A stretch of DNA of 64,000 nt, taken from positions 99,006-163,005 of the forward strand of contig JADGDO010000004.1 of NCBI GenBank assembly GCA_016744855.1. Reading direction: 5' to 3'. The notes below the pieces were generated by a model that was given only the letters and a program-made list of their open reading frames with translations, was not told where the DNA came from and did no database searches. The translations under genes were made by a program, and so were the position numbers. This DNA comes from Candidatus Fermentibacteraceae bacterium (GTDB lineage Bacteria; Fermentibacterota; Fermentibacteria; Fermentibacterales; JCC-6). Positions 58,144 through 64,000 of the stretch are shown here, piece by piece (the first letter of the stretch is position 1; each line of letters begins with the position of its first letter).

Positions 58144-58854
58144 TCAGTTAATGTAGCTATCAAGACGATTGGTCGAGGATACATTCATTGATTTAAAGAG
58201 CAGGAAGGGACTGTTTCTGACGGTAGTTATCTGAGAAGGCTGAAGCGAGTTCTCACCGATTCTTTCAGAGAATTCGCCAGCCCCCATAATGCAAGAGATA
58301 TCATCAGCTACTTCCGGGTCATCAACTGTGTGGATAAGACCCAGACAGTGACCTATTTCATGCGCTAGTGCAAATGCTTCCTGATCTCTGTTCTCGCTAC
58401 CGGAAGCCCCCTCTGCAGCTGCTACAAAGCAGATTGAACCCGACTGCATGCCCAAACCCCTAGGACCCGGTACACCGTTGATTGCATTCACAAGAATAAG
58501 ACTGATCCTGGGCACTCCTGATCCCCACAACCCCCTTTCGATACCTTCAATAACAATGCTGTCCACATCAACAGAACCATCTCTCACAGCCGAGCAGTCA
58601 AAGTATCTTTCTGCTAGCCAGACCAGCTCAACATCTGCCTGGGCATATACTGCTTCAACTCTATCTCTGTGCAGTCTGCTCATCGCAGCGTTAGTACCGG
58701 AATCAGACCTGCATATCACAGGTTCTATCAAGAGGTATGCTAGTTCCGGTTCTTCAACAATATTTGCTGAAGCTTGAGCCACTTGAAGGGGGAGAAGAAG
58801 AACTAAAAACAGAACACATGATGAAACAACTAAAGAAGACATTTTTACTCCCAT
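58144..58854 (-). CDS. Secreted metzincin-type zinc metalloprotease
   Basis: HEIGHCLGLIH (HExxHxxGxxH) zinc-binding motif; signal peptide; AGGAAT RBS before MGVK. Confidence 0.65.
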   Translation of the reverse strand: MGVKMSSLVVSSCVLFLVLLLPLQVAQASANIVEEPELAYLLIEPVICRSDSGTNAAMSRLHRDRVEAVYAQADVELVWLAERYFDCSAVRDGSVDVDSIVIEGIERGLWGSGVPRISLILVNAINGVPGPRGLGMQSGSICFVAAAEGASGSENRDQEAFALAHEIGHCLGLIHTVDDPEVADDISCIMGAGEFSERIGENSLQPSQITTVRNSPFLLFKSMNVSSTNRLDSYIN

Positions 58855-59010
58855 TCTATTCCTAACCTGCTGTTTGTTCTCAATGAGTCTCATGAACTTC
58901 TCTAGCATAATGAAAATGAAAAGTAGCCCTTCTCAGAAGTGAATGCGTTTGCTTCCTCGCTGTGAATAAATGATAGTATGCTTTGCTTTCTTTAAGGGGG
59001 GAATGATTCA

Positions 59011-59898
59011 ATGCGGAAGCTCATATTTACTTTAGTCATCTTTCTTAGCTGTTCAAGTAATACCCAAAACTCTGCTGAAACAGGGTTAACTGTACTTGTA
59101 AGCGTAGTTCCCCAGGAATACTTTGTAGAGAAAATAGCCGGTGATCTGGTTAACATCGCGGTGTTGATCCCCCCGGGTGCCAGTCCTGCGGCTTATGAGA
59201 TATCACCCCGTGATATGAGGATTGTAAGCGAGGCAGATGTCTGGTTCACTATCGGTCTCCAGCGGGAGAGCAGCTGGATGGAAGACTTTTCTTCTCTGAA
59301 TGACCATCTACTGATAATAGATACAGCAGCAAACATTCAACGTCTTCCAATTGACAGATACGGTGTTCATGAAGAACACTCGGATCACGATCATGACCAT
59401 GATCATTCCGGCCTTGATCCTCACATCTGGCTTTCACCGGCGCTTGTTGCCGTTCAGGCTTCGGAGATATGCAATACTCTTTCTGAAATTGATCCTGAGA
59501 ACAGTGCAGTTTACAGAGAGAATCTTTTAGCACTCGAGGAAGAAATCAGCTTGTTGCAGACCAGTATTCACGAGCTAATAGATCCATACTCCGGCAGCGG
59601 TTTCATAGTCTTTCACCCTTCATGGGGCTACTTTGCAGATGAATTCGATCTTGTTCAGGTTCCGATAGAAGTCATGGGGAATGAACCCTCTCCTTCAGAG
59701 ATGGCTGCACTGGTTGATTACGGGAACAGCAATTCTGTAAGGGCAATATTTGCCGCTCCTCAGTTCAGTGAATCCTCAGCAGCAACAATTGCAGGGGAGA
59801 TCAATGCTTCCGTCATATTGATCGACCCCCTTTCCGGAAACTGGAGTGAGAACCTTCTATTCGTAGCCACTCGGCTTGCCTCTGTACTGGAGCAATAA
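59011..59898 (+). CDS. znuA: Zinc ABC transporter substrate-binding protein (ZnuA/TroA family)
   Basis: Cluster-9 SBP fold with His/Asp-rich loop HEEHSDHDHDHDHSGLDPHIWLS. Confidence 0.8.
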   Translation: MRKLIFTLVIFLSCSSNTQNSAETGLTVLVSVVPQEYFVEKIAGDLVNIAVLIPPGASPAAYEISPRDMRIVSEADVWFTIGLQRESSWMEDFSSLNDHLLIIDTAANIQRLPIDRYGVHEEHSDHDHDHDHSGLDPHIWLSPALVAVQASEICNTLSEIDPENSAVYRENLLALEEEISLLQTSIHELIDPYSGSGFIVFHPSWGYFADEFDLVQVPIEVMGNEPSPSEMAALVDYGNSNSVRAIFAAPQFSESSAATIAGEINASVILIDPLSGNWSENLLFVATRLASVLEQ

Positions 59899-60659
59899 TG
59901 AATCTCATCAGTCTCGAGAACGTCACCGCAGGGTACAACCGTGAGCATCCGACAATTAAGAATGTTTCACTCGATGTAGGAGAGAACGACTTTCTGGCTG
60001 TTATAGGACCGAATGGTGGAGGGAAAACAACTCTTATTAAGGTTATTCTCGGGTTGATAACCCCATTTTCCGGTACGGTGGAGCTGTTTGGTGAGCCCCC
60101 GGTTCGTTCGAGAAAAAAAGTCGGATATGTTCCACAGATTGTTCCTTCAAGAACTTTTCCTGTTTCCGTTCTTGATGTTGTTCTTATGGGCAGGCTTTCC
60201 TCCACAAAGAAATTTGGAAGGTACAGCCATACAGACAGGGAAGCAGCCATTGATAAACTTGAAAAGCTTGGAGTCGATCACCTTGCATCAAAGAGAATGG
60301 ATCAGCTTTCAGGAGGGCAGAAGCAGAGGGTTCTTATTGCAAGAGCACTTGCAGGTGAACCTCGTCTTCTGCTTCTTGATGAACCGGTTGCAAGTGTGGA
60401 TTCTGAAACTCAGCAAAACTTTTACAACCTGCTTGCAGAACTTAACGAGCACCTTTCAGTAGTTCTGGTAACTCATGATGTGGGAGCAGTTTCTTCTCAT
60501 GTTAAGAGTATAGCTTGCATAAATACAAAACTTGTTAGCCATGGGGAAACCATTTCTCAGCATGATGTGGAGAAAGCATACGGATGCCCATTCGAGCTGA
60601 TTGCTCACGGGGTTCCTCACCGGGTGATAGGAATAAGGGGGGACACAAGCCATGAGTGA
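59898..60659 (+). CDS. znuC: Zinc ABC transporter ATP-binding protein
   Basis: Walker A GPNGGGKTT, ABC signature LSGGQKQR, Walker B LLLLDEP. Confidence 0.85.
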   Translation: MNLISLENVTAGYNREHPTIKNVSLDVGENDFLAVIGPNGGGKTTLIKVILGLITPFSGTVELFGEPPVRSRKKVGYVPQIVPSRTFPVSVLDVVLMGRLSSTKKFGRYSHTDREAAIDKLEKLGVDHLASKRMDQLSGGQKQRVLIARALAGEPRLLLLDEPVASVDSETQQNFYNLLAELNEHLSVVLVTHDVGAVSSHVKSIACINTKLVSHGETISQHDVEKAYGCPFELIAHGVPHRVIGIRGDTSHE

Positions 60660-61452
60660 GATGTTAAGTTACTCATTTATGCAGAATGCCTTTATTCTTA
60701 CGGTTCTTGCTTCCATTGCTTGCGGAATTGTTGGAAGCCTTATCACAGTTAACAGAATGTCTTCATTCACTGGAAGCATTGCACACGCTTCTTTCGGTGG
60801 GCTCGGGCTGGCATACCTTGTTGGAATTCATCCAATGATTGGAGCCACTATTTTTGCTCTGGCTTCTGCCCTCGGGATAGGGGCTCTTTCTGAGAAAAAC
60901 AAGCTTGGTTCAGATACTGCAATGGCAGCTCTCTGGGCTACCGGAATGGCAGCAGGTCTTGTTTTTATCAAGCTTTCCGGAAGCTATTCATCTGATCTTA
61001 TGAGCTGGCTTTTCGGTAGTCTGATGGCAGTTTCCAGCCTGGATATTACCCTGACAGCTGCTCTGGATGTACTGGTAGTTACCTCTGTGTTGTTACTGTA
61101 TAAGGAATTCCTGGGAATCTCTTATGACCTAGAGTTCGCAAGAATTCAGGGAGTTTCCGTCAGATTTGTAAGAGGACTGTTCTTTGTTATGGCAGCTCTT
61201 ACAACAATTGTTCTGATGAAAGTAACCGGACTCATCATGGTTATTGCACTCCTCACTATTCCAGCAGCAGTAGCAGAGCGGTTCAGCAGTTCTCTTTCAA
61301 GAATGATGATACTTGCTTCTCTTCTGAGTCTTGTGTTCAGCATTATCGGTCTAACCCTCTCCTGGTGGTTTGATCTTCCCTCCGGCCCTGTGATTATTCT
61401 TGTTGCCTCGGCTGTGTATTTTGTCTCTCTTTGCTTAAAAAAACCAAGTTAA
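60652..61452 (+). CDS. znuB: Zinc ABC transporter permease
   Basis: ABC-3 family multi-TM permease overlapping the znuC end. Confidence 0.8.
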   Translation: MSEMLSYSFMQNAFILTVLASIACGIVGSLITVNRMSSFTGSIAHASFGGLGLAYLVGIHPMIGATIFALASALGIGALSEKNKLGSDTAMAALWATGMAAGLVFIKLSGSYSSDLMSWLFGSLMAVSSLDITLTAALDVLVVTSVLLLYKEFLGISYDLEFARIQGVSVRFVRGLFFVMAALTTIVLMKVTGLIMVIALLTIPAAVAERFSSSLSRMMILASLLSLVFSIIGLTLSWWFDLPSGPVIILVASAVYFVSLCLKKPS

Positions 61453-61719
61453 TTCTCGAGAGACTCTATTCTTTACCTGGACTATGTATTATTATTCATG
61501 AAACGGGTCAGGAAAATTTCCTGACCACCCCCGGTAACTGAAGGGAGAGCTTGTATGATCCAATTTGTGATCAGCATAAGAACCTGACAGGTACCGTTGG
61601 AGTTCAGTCTGAACTCCACTCCGCCGGGGGTTCCGAACAAAGTTTCCCTGCTTTTCTAAAGTCCCCCCGGCGGTTCATTTCAGTAGCATTTAGCTATTGG
61701 GGCCACGGGAGGGTGTGTT

Positions 61720-62520
61720 ATGAAGAAGACGGGGATGAAACTCAGTGATGTACAGGAAGTTTACAGCGGGTTTGAGGGCGCTCTGTGGGAACTCATTATG
61801 GGCGAACAGATCCATATCGGGGGTTTTGCTAGCTCAAAGGCCCTGGGAGACTCCGCAGGCTGGAAAAAAGATGAAGAAGTTCTTGATCTCTGCAGCGCTG
61901 TAGGCGGCGGAGTTCGCTTTCTTACAAGAGTTTATGATGTTAAAGCATATGGTGTCGACGCTACACCTCATATGGTTAACAGATCTATAGAACGGATAAA
62001 AGCCGAGGGGTTTGCCGATAGAATTGAGATTAAACTCGGTGATGTAACAGATATTCCTTACCCTGATGCAAAATTTGACGGAGTTTGGGGCGAGGACACC
62101 TGGTGCTATGTCGAGGACAAGGCAAAACTCATAGAGGAAGCAGCAAGAGTTCTCAAACCGGGCGGCAAGATTGCCTTTACAGACTGGCTTGTTGGACCTG
62201 CCGGGATGACTGAAGAGGATTCAGCCAGAATCTGTACAACAATGAAATTCCCGGATATGCTTAATCTCCAGGAATACTCAGAGCTTCTGGAGAAAAACGG
62301 ATTTGAGGTTGTTGAGTCGGCAGATCTGACCGATACGATGGCTGAGCATATAGAGAATTACCTTGGACAGCTTGCAGGACAGAGGCATTTTGATGCAATG
62401 CAACTTCTAGGCTGGAACTACGATGTTTTCAATTTCCTGGGTGCAGAGTTCGGTTTCATGCTTGAAAAAGCCAAGTCAGGCGAATTCGGTCGCGGCCGCC
62501 TCGTCGCTGTTAAGAAATAA
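61720..62520 (+). CDS. Class I SAM-dependent methyltransferase (glycine/sarcosine-N-methyltransferase-like)
   Basis: VLDLCSAVGGGVRFL motif I, KPGGKIAFTDW post-I motif; 266 aa. Confidence 0.6.
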   Translation: MKKTGMKLSDVQEVYSGFEGALWELIMGEQIHIGGFASSKALGDSAGWKKDEEVLDLCSAVGGGVRFLTRVYDVKAYGVDATPHMVNRSIERIKAEGFADRIEIKLGDVTDIPYPDAKFDGVWGEDTWCYVEDKAKLIEEAARVLKPGGKIAFTDWLVGPAGMTEEDSARICTTMKFPDMLNLQEYSELLEKNGFEVVESADLTDTMAEHIENYLGQLAGQRHFDAMQLLGWNYDVFNFLGAEFGFMLEKAKSGEFGRGRLVAVKK

Positions 62521-63612
62521 ATGGAAGAGCTGTCCATAAGAGCCAAAGCGCTCTACGAAGAAGAGCTCGCAGCTCTTAGCGCTTTTAGAGCTTCAGGAAA
62601 TAAAACAGCTGCTCTTGTGTGCAGAACTTTTCCGTCAGCTGTTCTGGCCGGTCTTGGTTTAAGACCGGTCAGGCTGCCGTTTTCTGTTTCCACAAGCAAC
62701 AACGCAGCTGTCAAATCTCTTGTAAGACAGGATGTCTGCCCGTTGGTTCTCGAATTGCTGCAGACTGTTCAATCGGATTGTGCTGATGTAATCATAGGAA
62801 TGCATTCCTGTGATACCACCCGGCGTTTCTTTCAGGAGAGCGACAGATTCACTTCACTCCCTGTCCATCAAATTCAACTTCCCGCAACACTCGGTGATGC
62901 TTCACTCGGATTCTTCAATTCGCAGGTTTATAGAGTTTGCAAAGATCTTATTCTGGGTGGTTTTTCAGAGGGGTATGATTCCAGTGTTGCCGAAGAGTGG
63001 TATAGAAGCAGAATGGAGACAGCCGGGTATCTCCGGTCAGTAGTGAAGACTATTCCTCCGGTTGCACTACAGTACATTCTGCATCTCTTTCGGATTGCAG
63101 ATCCCACAACATTGAGGGCAAAGATAGAGAAGCTTCTTGCTGCACCGGTCAAGGAGTTCAAACCCGATTTTACTCTTCTGCTTTCAGGCAGCCCTGTTAC
63201 TCCGGGCGATGACTCTGTGGCAGAAACTGTAGAGGAGATGGGTGGTGCTCTCATTCCGGTTAACTGCACCGGATTTCAGATGTTTCCAGAGAAGAAAGAG
63301 GATGATTTCTCAATTTCATCAATCTCGACTTCCTATTTCAGTTCCATGAAGTGTGTCAGATGCAGACCAAATGAGAGAACTTTTGAACACCTTATTGATG
63401 AGCTCTCAAATACCGGGGCAAGTGGTCTTATTGTGAAGAGCCTCGTTTTTTGTGATCTCTGGTTTACAGAGAAAGTCAGACTTAAAGAAAGAATGCCTGC
63501 TCCTGTGATGGTTGTGGATACAGGATTTTCAAGTGGTGAATCGGAAAGAACTGCTGTGCGCGTCGAAGCCTTTATTCAATCCCTGGAGATAAATGGAGAT
63601 GGATGCAGATGA
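62521..63612 (+). CDS. 2-hydroxyacyl-CoA dehydratase family protein (HgdB/BcrC/BadD-like, PF06050-like)
   Basis: Cys-containing motifs (MHSCDTTRR, NCTG, FCDLW) and overall resemblance to dehydratase D-component; starts 1 nt after the methyltransferase stop. Confidence 0.5.
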   Translation: MEELSIRAKALYEEELAALSAFRASGNKTAALVCRTFPSAVLAGLGLRPVRLPFSVSTSNNAAVKSLVRQDVCPLVLELLQTVQSDCADVIIGMHSCDTTRRFFQESDRFTSLPVHQIQLPATLGDASLGFFNSQVYRVCKDLILGGFSEGYDSSVAEEWYRSRMETAGYLRSVVKTIPPVALQYILHLFRIADPTTLRAKIEKLLAAPVKEFKPDFTLLLSGSPVTPGDDSVAETVEEMGGALIPVNCTGFQMFPEKKEDDFSISSISTSYFSSMKCVRCRPNERTFEHLIDELSNTGASGLIVKSLVFCDLWFTEKVRLKERMPAPVMVVDTGFSSGESERTAVRVEAFIQSLEINGDGCR

Positions 63613-64000
63613 CTGATCCCGTAAAGAAACTTACAATTGCAGAGTGGGATGAGAGGATAAAAACAGTTCCCGAGGAATTTCGCAATAAGTGCCGTTCCCT
63701 CAGAAACCTTGTCCCAGGTGGTGTTCCGTATCTGTTTAGCCCTTATGAGTACTCATGCAGGGGAGATACCCTCCTGCGAAGATTAAAATATGACAGTAGT
63801 TTTGCTTCATTACGATTATGGGCCTTTCTTTTCAGTGAGAAAGACCGGTTGTTTCTTGCCAGGGAAAAAGGTGAGAAAATCATTACCCTCATGAAAGATC
63901 TCGGGCAGACTGCTGTGATTTCCTATGCTTTTCCGGGGCAGTTATCTTTTTATGCTGATGAGTTGTGGTGGGCTCCCTGTTTTTCAGAGGAAACATACCT
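63603..64000 (+). CDS. Second 2-hydroxyacyl-CoA dehydratase family protein (N-terminal part, truncated by window end)
   Basis: AVISYAFPGQLSFYADELWWAPC resembles the N-terminal motif of the HgdA/HgdB family; overlaps the previous stop. Confidence 0.4.
   Translation, partial: MQMTDPVKKLTIAEWDERIKTVPEEFRNKCRSLRNLVPGGVPYLFSPYEYSCRGDTLLRRLKYDSSFASLRLWAFLFSEKDRLFLAREKGEKIITLMKDLGQTAVISYAFPGQLSFYADELWWAPCFSEETY

Noticed and set aside
59395-59420. CAC/GAT tandem repeat (HDHDHDHD) in znuA
   Set aside because: Encodes the characteristic His/Asp-rich metal-binding loop of ZnuA, not a repeat element.
61551-61748. 65-aa ORF in the leader upstream of the methyltransferase
   Set aside because: Overlaps the downstream gene start and coincides with GC-rich hairpins; more likely RNA structure than protein.
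1-64000. CRISPR arrays, IS elements, prophage genes
   Set aside because: No regularly spaced direct repeats, transposase, integrase or phage structural motifs were detected by eye anywhere in the window.

Overview
The window is a 64 kb stretch of chromosome from an uncultivated-looking bacterium, about 45% GC and almost fully coding on both strands. Three secreted proteins carry a type IX secretion system (T9SS, Por) C-terminal sorting domain, which places the organism in the Fibrobacteres-Chlorobi-Bacteroidetes (FCB) group. No transposase, integrase, CRISPR array or rRNA gene was seen. Housekeeping genes include alaS, fabF, glmS, a phosphoglucosamine-mutase-like gene, glgC, rpsD, rsmD, coaD, gmhA, znuABC, a sigma-70 factor, a tRNA-Thr(CGU) and a pilM/N-O-P-Q type IV pilus cluster. 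Several families of archaeal flavour are present: a PF04008 adenosine-specific kinase, an asparaginase/GatD-like fragment, a short LeuC/LeuD pair and a tricorn-like protease. The features I consider most worth follow-up are: (1) an IMPACT/YigZ N-domain protein translationally coupled to a single-pass membrane receptor with a cytoplasmic TIR domain and a large extracytoplasmic beta-propeller/LamG-like ectodomain; (2) an orphan 592-aa TPR-like / SLOG-like / degenerate cyclase-like protein behind a terminator and an AT-rich leader; (3) a small gingipain/caspase-like (His-Cys dyad) protein wedged between alaS and an M42 aminopeptidase; (4) a candidate bacterial ceramide cluster (serine palmitoyltransferase-like alpha-oxoamine synthase, a GNAT-fold acyltransferase and an epimerase-family reductase); (5) a DUF2089 / small membrane protein / SHOCT-like trio. 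All functional calls are by-eye motif recognition without database searches and should be treated as hypotheses.
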